Assembly (NCBI GenBank): GCA_964408965.1
Contig: CAYPBL010000002.1
Coordinates: 24,856 to 88,855 of the forward strand
Direction of reading: 5' to 3'
DNA from: an uncultured Phycisphaeraceae bacterium
GTDB taxonomy: Bacteria; Planctomycetota; Phycisphaerae; Phycisphaerales; UBA1924
Length of the DNA: 64,000 nucleotides
Part shown: in pieces, positions 10,378 through 17,786 of the stretch
How positions within the stretch are numbered: the first letter of the stretch is position 1
Layout: each line of letters begins with the position of its first letter
Position numbers and translations under genes: made by a program
The notes under the pieces: model-generated
Databases searched by the model: none
What the model was told of the DNA's origin: nothing
Seen by the model: only the letters and a program-made list of their open reading frames with translations

Positions 10378-11034
10378 TCAGCAGCGCCGGCGTCGAACGC
10401 CCAGCAGGGCCAGCAGGCCAAAGCCGCCCAAGCCCGCTGCGGACGGCAAGGGAATGACCGCTGAGAGGTTGAGATTGGACTGATTGTCCGTGTAGCCGTT
10501 GGCGGCCGTGGGCAGCTGGAAGGAGAAGGTGAGGAAGGACCCGAACAGGCCGCTCGTGTCGAAGGCGCCCAGCGGAACCCCTGCGAACGTGCCGCCCGCG
10601 GAGGTAAAGATGCCCGACAGCGTCAGCCCGTCGACCAAGACGATTGAGTTGTTGATGACGTTCACATTGCCCGTTCCGGGAATGACCGTCGTGCTGTAGC
10701 CGCCTGCTCCATTGGCCAGGACGACATCGAAGAAGCCGCCCGTCACCTGACCGTTGCTGACGGTGATCTCGCCCGAGAGCAGATCGAGGTTCTGCTCGGT
10801 GAGCGTCTGCGGCGAGCCGTTCAGGATCACGTCAGCCAGCTGCGAGTCCGCGTCGTTGCTCAGGACAATCGTTCCCGTGAACCCCGAGGTGGAAAAACCG
10901 GGAGCGCCGCTGCTGTCGAACGTCTTGGCGACGACGCTGTTGAGGTTCAGATCGATCTGCGAACCTGCGTAGGCGGCTCCCGCCACCATCATCGCCGCTC
11001 CCGCAGCCGCCGCCCTCTTCAGAGTGAGCATCAT
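10378..11034 (-). CDS. Secreted protein with PEP-CTERM-type tail (218 aa)
   Basis: GAGGAG lies upstream of ATG 11034. Signal peptide MMLTLKRAAAAGAAMMVAGAAYAG. The C-terminus is VIPLPSAAGLGGFGLLALLGVRRRRC. Confidence 0.85.
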   Translation of the reverse strand: MMLTLKRAAAAGAAMMVAGAAYAGSQIDLNLNSVVAKTFDSSGAPGFSTSGFTGTIVLSNDADSQLADVILNGSPQTLTEQNLDLLSGEITVSNGQVTGGFFDVVLANGAGGYSTTVIPGTGNVNVINNSIVLVDGLTLSGIFTSAGGTFAGVPLGAFDTSGLFGSFLTFSFQLPTAANGYTDNQSNLNLSAVIPLPSAAGLGGFGLLALLGVRRRRC

Positions 11035-11109
11035 GGTCTCCTCGTCCTTCTCCCAGCTGACGCCTCGGGGCGCCGGGCCCCCCGCCCAACAGACCTGTCC
11101 TACGCCTGC

Positions 11110-11137
11110 AACATACCTCACGGAGGGCGCGCGTCAA
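11110..11137 (-). promoter_or_regulatory. Candidate sigma70-like promoter for PEP-CTERM gene 10378..11034
   Basis: Minus strand reads TTGACG (11137-11132), a 16-nt spacer, then TATGTT (11115-11110), about 75 nt upstream of the start codon. The promoter consensus for this lineage is unknown to me. Confidence 0.35.
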
Positions 11138-11283
11138 CCGGTTTTCCGCAACTGCGCGAAAAATTTCTCGGTCTTGTCCCTGCCTCTGCGCACCACACTG
11201 GACGCGTCTGAGGAGCCTCGGGGATGGCAGCCCGGGCCTTCCCGACCCTTGCCCAAACGCTGCAGGCAGCAGCCCTCGTGCGC

Positions 11284-12048
11284 TCAGCGACCGACCGCCT
11301 CCGCGTCGAGGGAGGTCTCCTCGACCTTGTTGGCCCCTGTTCGCACCACCAGATTGGTCGCCCGCAGCAAGCTTTCAAACGTGCCTGCGTCGGTCCACCA
11401 CCCCTCGAGCACGTCGTAGGCCAGGTCTCCCCGCGCGAGGTACATGTTGTTGACGTCGGTGATCTCCAGCTCGCCCCGGTCGCTGGGGCTGAGCCCTTGG
11501 ATGAAGCGGAAGACGTCCTTGTCGTACATGTAGATGCCTGTCACAGCGAGGTTTGAAGGGGGGTCCGTGGGCTTCTCGACGATCTCGATGATGCGCCCCC
11601 CCTCCAGCCTGGCCACGCCGAACCGCTGTGGATCAGGCACCTCCTTGAGCAGAATCCGAGCCCCGCTGGGCTGCGATCGGAACGCCTCGACAGGACGCCT
11701 GATCGATCGCTCGACGATGTTGTCGCCCAGAATGACGCAGATTCTCTGGCCGTCGGCGAAATCCTCAGCCAGACTCAGGGCGTCAGCGATGCCCCCCTCC
11801 CCCTCCTGGTAGGTGTAGTGCAGCTCGCGCACGCCCAGAGCCTTGCCGTTGCCCAGCAGCCGCAGGAAATCGCCCGCATGGTCGCCGCCGGTGACCAGCA
11901 GAATCTCGTCGATCCCCGCGTTGAGCAGGCACTGGATCGGATAGTAGATCATGGGCCTGTCGTAGACGGGCAACAGGTGCTTGTTGGTGATCTTGGTCAA
12001 AGGGCGCAGCCTGGTGCCCAGTCCGCCCGCGAGTATGACCCCCTTCAT
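11284..12048 (-). CDS. Sugar-phosphate nucleotidyltransferase (short RmlA-like glucose-1-phosphate thymidylyl/uridylyltransferase)
   Basis: MKGVILAGGLGTRLRPLTKITNKHLLPVYDRPMIYYPI... is the classic G-G-x-G-T-R-L pyrophosphorylase N-terminus. ATG 12048 has AAGGAAAGGA upstream. Confidence 0.85.
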   Translation of the reverse strand: MKGVILAGGLGTRLRPLTKITNKHLLPVYDRPMIYYPIQCLLNAGIDEILLVTGGDHAGDFLRLLGNGKALGVRELHYTYQEGEGGIADALSLAEDFADGQRICVILGDNIVERSIRRPVEAFRSQPSGARILLKEVPDPQRFGVARLEGGRIIEIVEKPTDPPSNLAVTGIYMYDKDVFRFIQGLSPSDRGELEITDVNNMYLARGDLAYDVLEGWWTDAGTFESLLRATNLVVRTGANKVEETSLDAEAVGR

Positions 12049-12123
12049 GCAGCGATCCTTTCCTTGCATTGCTGAGGCGCAGCGCGCCGCTGCGCAGCCT
12101 CAGGCGCCCCGAGCGCCATGGCG

Positions 12124-15100
12124 TCATTCGCCTCGCTCCTCCGGTCCAGGTCCCTCCTCGAGCCTGCTCGCCAGCGCCCGCACTCGATCCGCCAGCGCCT
12201 GCTGCTCCTCGAGCGAGGCCCGTGCTCGAAACACCCGCAACGCCTCCCGGGCGCCCTCGAGCTGCCCCTGCTGCGCCAGCGCCTCAGCCAACCCCAGCTG
12301 GGCCGAGGCCAACGGCGGCTGACGGACGTCGACGGCCCGCTGATACGCCTCCTCCGCCGCCTTCGCGTCGCCCGTCGCCAGCAGCGCCGCGCCGAGGGTG
12401 TCGAGGTAGTTGGCCAGCGTGGCGGCGTCCACCTCCGCCTGCTCCGCCTGCGACACCGCCTTCTTGGCAAGCTCGACAGCCTCAGCGGAATCGCTTCCTT
12501 GCCTGACCAGCAGATACGCGAGGTTGTTGGCTGCAGGGTGCAACGACGCATCCAAGGCCAGCGCCCGGCGATACCACCGTTGGGCCTCGTCCAGGCGACC
12601 AAGCGCCTCGAGTGAGGCGGCATACACCAGTGAGCCTTGTGCGGCAAGAGCGTCGCGGCGGGCAAGCGGCGTCAGCAGATCGACCGCTGTGCGGAAGGCT
12701 TCGACGCCGCCTCCCCGAGCGCCGACATCCTGCCACGCGGCGCCCAAAGCGCGCGTCAGCGAATCCGCTGCTGCTGCGGGGGCGCGAGCCTGCACCGCCT
12801 TCAGAAACGTCGCTGCCGGCTGCACGGGAAGCTGCCCCGTCAAGGCGACGGCCCGCTCCCACCAGGTTTCGTCTCCCTGCGCAAGCCTCTCCACCAACCC
12901 CACAGCCTCTTCGATTTCCCCAGCGCCCAACAGCGCCCGCAGCAGCACCCCAGCCGCCTGTGGATCCGTGTCCGCTCGATCGAGCACGACCTGCTGCACC
13001 GGCTGCAGGGTTTCCAGGGCCTGCCTCGGCCGCTGCAGTCTGCTCTGCATGTCCGCGATGAAAATCACCGCGTCGGGCTGTGCGTCCAGGGAAGCCCAGA
13101 GTCGGGCCATCGCCAAGGCTTCTTCGAAGCGTCCCGCCAAGGCCAGCAGCTGCGCCGCAGACCGGGACAGGGCGGCGCTCGAGGGGAACCTGCCTGCGCC
13201 CTCGCGAGCCAAGGCGATCGCGTCCTCCACCAGGCCCGCCTGCGTCAGGGATTCGACCGCAACCAGCCACACCCCCTCCATGGCCGCTGCTGACGCGTCG
13301 CTGCGGAGCAGTCGGAGGAGCCCTCTTCCCACGGTCCGCCACGAACTCTGAGAGGAAGGATCGAGGCTTTCCAGCACTGTCAAGGCTTCGTCGAGCGAGC
13401 TGGCCTGCGCGAGATCGCCAGCGGAGGTCAACAACGTCCGGGCGGCGTCCACTCCCCAGGCTCCCGTCTGCGCCAGCGCGACCAAGCGGGTCAGTCTGCG
13501 CAGAGCTGGCTCAGCCTTGTCGGGATCGACCTCGCTGAGCAGGCTTGCTGCGTCCTTCACTCTCCCGCTGCGCAGGTACATCGCCGCCAAGGCGGCGCGA
13601 GCTCGTGGTGTTCCAGCCTCCACCGCCTGCTTGAGCGCCGCCTCCGCCTGCGCCGCCTCGCCTCGCTGCAGGGCGAACGCCGCCTGGACCAGCGGAGCGT
13701 CCTCACCCGCCAGCGCAAGGGCCCGCTGCATCAGTCGACGCCCTTCCTCAGCAAAGCCCTGCCCGTCCAGCCACGTCGCCACGGCCAGCAGCTCGTTGAC
13801 GCCTGCGTCCTGGGCCTGCGCAGCGTGGAGATAGGCAGCGTGCGCCTCCTCCGCTGCCCCCGCCGCCTCCAGCGCCTGCGCCAGACGCAGCAGATCCGCA
13901 GCGGCGCCCGAAGCGTCAGCGAGCCTCCGCCAGTCCTCCACCGCAGCCTCCGGCTGATCCAGGGCCGAGGCCAACTCAGCCCGCCTGCGCCGCAACTCCT
14001 CCGACAGGGGCTCGATGGCCAGGAACCGCTTGAATCTGCGCTGGGCCTCGTCAAGCTGCCCAAGCTCCCGAAGAGCCAGGATGAGCGTCGGGTACAGGCC
14101 TGCCTGCTTGGGATCCGCGTCCAAGGTTCGGCTGAGGGCCTCCGCAGCGGCTCGCACGTTGTGGTCCAACGTCAGCTGCGCCTGGGCGTACAGCGCAGCG
14201 GCGGCGGCGTCCTCGGGCGAGTGGAGCACGATGTCCGCCAGCAGCTGCACCGCTTGGGCGGCGCTGGCCTCGCTGGGCTCGAAGGTCAACAGCCTGCGGG
14301 CCTCGAACGTGCGCCACGCCACGGAGGCTTCGCCCAGAACGCCCTTGAGCCTCCCCAACGTCTCCTCGACGAGGCCTCGATCGAACCAGGCGTCGCGCCG
14401 CTCGAGCACCGCGATCTGCGCCCGCGCGTCGCGGGGATGCTCTTCCGCAAAGCGACGCAGCGCCTCCAGCGCATCGGGCGCCTGCACATGGGAGAGATAC
14501 AACGCCAGCCGCCGATCGATCTCGACCCGTCTGGCTCCCTGGGCCTTCGAGGCAGCCTCCTGGAGCAGACGTCTTCCCCCCTCCACATCCCCCGCCTGCG
14601 CCGTCGCCATGGCCACGGCGTACAGGACCTGCGGCGACTGGGGGGCCCGCTCCCGGGCCAACGCCAGCAGCCTCGCTTCGCCCGGAGCGCCGAAGCGCCT
14701 GCAGGTCTGCGCCAGCGCAAGCAGATCCTCCACAGGCGCCTTCTCCCGCATCGCCTCCGCGCGCTCGATGGTCTGCAGCACAGCCTGCCGGTCTCCCACC
14801 GCTGCAGCGACGCGGGCTCCTCGCAAATCCGCCGCCATGGCGAGCTCCGGGTTGTTCGCAGCGAATTCCTCCCGCAACTGCTTCGCCAACGCGCGAAGCG
14901 CCTGCGCCGTGGTCTCGTCCGCTTCGCCCGACTCCACAAGCGCAGCGCCAGTGCGCAGCGCCAACAGCGCCGCGTCAGCTCGTCGGGGATGCGCCGCCAG
15001 CAGCAGCTGCGCCGCTGCGTGCGCCTCTTCGACGCGGCCGAGGTCCAGCAACGTCGCTGCCTGCATCCGCCTGGCGCCGTACCAGTTGGGATCGGTCTGG

Positions 15101-16371
15101 GAGAGCCTCGTGAAAAGGTTCGCAGCGGACTCCAGCTCCCCCAGCTGCACCGCCGTCTGCGCGAGCAGGAACTGGGGCAGCGCCTCCGCAGGCCTGCGCA
15201 TCGCTGCGTCGCGGAACGCGTCGCGGGCGACATCGAAACGGCGCTGGTTGAAGGCGTCGAGTCCCTCCAGCAGAGCCCGCCAGTATGCGGACTCAGGCGA
15301 CTGGCGCGAGGCCAACGCGTCGTCAAGCGGGGTCAGAGCCTGCCCCTCCTCGCGCGGATCCAGCAGAAACCGAACCCATCCCAGCAGATCCACAGGAGCG
15401 GTCGCGGGGTCGATCGTCTCCAACGCTGTGCGGGCAAGGCTCCGAGCCTTGGGCAGATCGCCCAATCGCCAGGCGCGCTCCAACGCCACCACCGCAGTCT
15501 GCGGACGGCTCGCCTCGTCCGTCCCCAGCGACTGCACCATTCGCTCAGCCAGCGTGTCCGCCTCGTCGCGTAAACCGACTCTGTCCAGCGCCTGCACGAC
15601 AGCGGCGACGGTGCGGACGTCCTGCATGGGAACCTCCGCAGCGTGTCGAGCCGCCCGCTGGGCCCCTTCGATGTCGCCGCTGCGCCAGCGCAGGTCGGCC
15701 AACAACGCCGCAAACCCTGCGTCCTGCGGATGCGCCGACGCCGCCTGCTCCGTCTCCTGCAGCAGCGTCTGCTCATCAGCGCCAGCGACGCTGCTGGCGG
15801 CGATCCACAGCTCCAACGCCTGCGGATCGTCGGGTCTGGCCTGCCGCATGGCCTCAGCGGCCTGCACCGCCTCCTCCTCGCGTCCCATCGCCGCCAAGGC
15901 CCGCACTTTCAGAGCATGCGCCTCGCGATCCGCCGGCGCTTGCTGCAGCACGCGGTCGGCGTAGCCCAGCAGCTCGGTGTACTGCCCCAGCTCCTGGGCG
16001 TCCTCCATCGCCACGCGCAGGGCCTCGAGGTTGTTCGGGTCCAGGTCCAGCGCCGCGCGCGCATACCCCAGCGAACTGACCAGGTGACGATTGTTGGCCA
16101 ACGGGACGCGACGCCGTGCCTGGGCGATGGCCAGGGCCGTCTCCAGATCGTCGGGCCTGCGCGCAAAGACGGTGCCCAAGTAGGTCAGCGCCTCGTCGAA
16201 ACGACCTTGTTCGTAGGCCTCCAGCCCCTTGCGTCGTTTGGTCTCGATCGCCCGCGTCCGCTGCGCGGACAGCGCAGCCACGCCTCCCGCTCCCAACGCC
16301 AAGGCGACCAGCGTCGCCGTCGTCAGCAGCGCCAGCCGTCTTCGACCGCGTTTGGTCAACCCCATGCTCAT
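12124..16371 (-). CDS. Giant membrane-anchored TPR-repeat protein (PrsT-like, PEP-CTERM system associated), about 1415 aa
   Basis: ATG 16371 overlaps the upstream stop (ATGA). N-terminus MSMGLTKRGRRRLALLTTATLVALALGAGGVAAL (TM/signal), followed by Ala/Leu/Glu-rich TPR-like helical repeats throughout. It sits directly after the priming transferase, as in exosortase loci. Confidence 0.85.
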   Translation of the reverse strand: MSMGLTKRGRRRLALLTTATLVALALGAGGVAALSAQRTRAIETKRRKGLEAYEQGRFDEALTYLGTVFARRPDDLETALAIAQARRRVPLANNRHLVSSLGYARAALDLDPNNLEALRVAMEDAQELGQYTELLGYADRVLQQAPADREAHALKVRALAAMGREEEAVQAAEAMRQARPDDPQALELWIAASSVAGADEQTLLQETEQAASAHPQDAGFAALLADLRWRSGDIEGAQRAARHAAEVPMQDVRTVAAVVQALDRVGLRDEADTLAERMVQSLGTDEASRPQTAVVALERAWRLGDLPKARSLARTALETIDPATAPVDLLGWVRFLLDPREEGQALTPLDDALASRQSPESAYWRALLEGLDAFNQRRFDVARDAFRDAAMRRPAEALPQFLLAQTAVQLGELESAANLFTRLSQTDPNWYGARRMQAATLLDLGRVEEAHAAAQLLLAAHPRRADAALLALRTGAALVESGEADETTAQALRALAKQLREEFAANNPELAMAADLRGARVAAAVGDRQAVLQTIERAEAMREKAPVEDLLALAQTCRRFGAPGEARLLALARERAPQSPQVLYAVAMATAQAGDVEGGRRLLQEAASKAQGARRVEIDRRLALYLSHVQAPDALEALRRFAEEHPRDARAQIAVLERRDAWFDRGLVEETLGRLKGVLGEASVAWRTFEARRLLTFEPSEASAAQAVQLLADIVLHSPEDAAAAALYAQAQLTLDHNVRAAAEALSRTLDADPKQAGLYPTLILALRELGQLDEAQRRFKRFLAIEPLSEELRRRRAELASALDQPEAAVEDWRRLADASGAAADLLRLAQALEAAGAAEEAHAAYLHAAQAQDAGVNELLAVATWLDGQGFAEEGRRLMQRALALAGEDAPLVQAAFALQRGEAAQAEAALKQAVEAGTPRARAALAAMYLRSGRVKDAASLLSEVDPDKAEPALRRLTRLVALAQTGAWGVDAARTLLTSAGDLAQASSLDEALTVLESLDPSSQSSWRTVGRGLLRLLRSDASAAAMEGVWLVAVESLTQAGLVEDAIALAREGAGRFPSSAALSRSAAQLLALAGRFEEALAMARLWASLDAQPDAVIFIADMQSRLQRPRQALETLQPVQQVVLDRADTDPQAAGVLLRALLGAGEIEEAVGLVERLAQGDETWWERAVALTGQLPVQPAATFLKAVQARAPAAAADSLTRALGAAWQDVGARGGGVEAFRTAVDLLTPLARRDALAAQGSLVYAASLEALGRLDEAQRWYRRALALDASLHPAANNLAYLLVRQGSDSAEAVELAKKAVSQAEQAEVDAATLANYLDTLGAALLATGDAKAAEEAYQRAVDVRQPPLASAQLGLAEALAQQGQLEGAREALRVFRARASLEEQQALADRVRALASRLEEGPGPEERGE

Positions 16372-17786
16372 CCTCGCAGCACTTTCCGAACCGTTTGGGC
16401 GATGATCCACAGGTCCAGCCGCCAACTCTGCCGCTGCACATACTCCAGGTCGTAGCGGATCCACTCCTGGAAGTCGGTCCCCGGCGCCCGGGTGCGTTTG
16501 ATCTGCCACAGCCCCGTCACACCCGGCCGAACGCTGAGCCTGGCCTCACGCCAGGCGGGACAGCACTGGTTCTCGCTGTCCGGACTGGGCCTCGGCCCCA
16601 CCACGCTCATGTGGCCGAGCAGCACGTTGATGAACTGCGGCGCCTCGTCCAGCTGCGTTCTGCGCAGCAGCCGCCCCACGCGCAACAGACGGGGGTCGTC
16701 GCGGATGAAGAACTGTGGCCCGTCCGCAGCGTTCGCCTGGGCGAGGGTGCGTTTCATCGCCTCTGCGCCCTTGCACATCGTGCGGAACTTGATGCAGGGA
16801 AACTCTCGCCCCCCCACCGTCTGCCTGGTGTGTGTGAAGAACGGCGGCCAACCGTCCTCGAGGCAGATCGCCAGCATGATGAAGGGGTACAAGGGCAACG
16901 TCGCCGCCAGCGCCGCCAGACTGAACACGATGTCGAAGGCGCGTTTGCTCGTCCGCCACACGACTGTGGAGCCCGCCCGCCTCGCTCCGCCGCTGCGCAT
17001 CGACTCCGTCCAGTGAATGTCGCCTGGAGAGACCGACGTCTGCGGCGCATCCGCCAACGCGCAGGGACCGATGATCGTCTCGCCTGCGCGGACGTGCGCT
17101 CCTGCGCCTATCCAGACGGGCGCAGCGAAGCGCGCCCCCGGCTCGATCCGCGCCTCCAGATGCGCCCAGACGCCAGGCTCGAGCTCGAACACCCCTTCAA
17201 CCATCGGCCCGATGTGCGTCCACCTGCGCAGGAGCTCTTCAAGACACGTCTGCGAGTCGGCTGCACGATCGAATCGGTATATCCTGCCCTTGGCGCGGAC
17301 AGCGCACGTCTGCTCGCGGCCGGCGAGCTGACGAATCCTGCGCCATGCAGCGACGCTGTCGCTGGAGTCTCGCCACAGGGCCGCCAACTGCGGGTCAGGC
17401 GTCAGCGCTGCGCGACGCGCCTGCTCCGTCGCAGCCCAGTACCGCCTGCGAACCGCTCGAAACGCGCCGTCGGCGTCGGTCTCCACCAGCTCGACATACG
17501 CCTCGGGCCTGGCCTGGACGACGCGCAGCCGCATGGCCCGCGCTTTCAACCACTGCATTCGCTTGAGCGGCTCTGCGAGCGAGCAGCTCAGCCCCTCCTG
17601 CTCCTCCAGCAGGAGGTACAGCCTGGGGCCTCGCGCCGCGACCGCGGAGCCAGGCCTGACCACCTGCACACCCCGAGAGGCCCACCAGCGGTCGTGCGCC
17701 TCCAACGGCGTCAGCCCCCAGACACGACGCGAGGGCGCAGGCTCCGCCAGCGGGGCGGAGGCGGGATGCGTCGCCACACTGGTCAT
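16368..17786 (-). CDS. Priming polyprenyl-phosphate sugar-phosphate transferase (bacterial sugar transferase/WbaP C-terminal family) with an unusual about 290-aa soluble N-terminal domain
   Basis: C-terminal domain KRAFDIVFSLAALAATLPLYPFIMLAI...CIKFRTM...DDPRLLRVGRLLRRTQLDEAPQFINVLLGHMSVVGPRP...PGVTGLWQ. ATG 17786 overlaps the upstream stop (ATGA). Confidence 0.9.
   Translation of the reverse strand: MTSVATHPASAPLAEPAPSRRVWGLTPLEAHDRWWASRGVQVVRPGSAVAARGPRLYLLLEEQEGLSCSLAEPLKRMQWLKARAMRLRVVQARPEAYVELVETDADGAFRAVRRRYWAATEQARRAALTPDPQLAALWRDSSDSVAAWRRIRQLAGREQTCAVRAKGRIYRFDRAADSQTCLEELLRRWTHIGPMVEGVFELEPGVWAHLEARIEPGARFAAPVWIGAGAHVRAGETIIGPCALADAPQTSVSPGDIHWTESMRSGGARRAGSTVVWRTSKRAFDIVFSLAALAATLPLYPFIMLAICLEDGWPPFFTHTRQTVGGREFPCIKFRTMCKGAEAMKRTLAQANAADGPQFFIRDDPRLLRVGRLLRRTQLDEAPQFINVLLGHMSVVGPRPSPDSENQCCPAWREARLSVRPGVTGLWQIKRTRAPGTDFQEWIRYDLEYVQRQSWRLDLWIIAQTVRKVLRG

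Noticed and set aside
12410-16455. Many 150-650-aa ORFs in other frames across the TPR gene (for example 13825..15573 and 14015..15964)
   Set aside because: They are shadows of the Ala/Leu-rich TPR gene. Only the 12124..16371 minus frame gives TPR-like helices and is stop-start coupled to the upstream gene.
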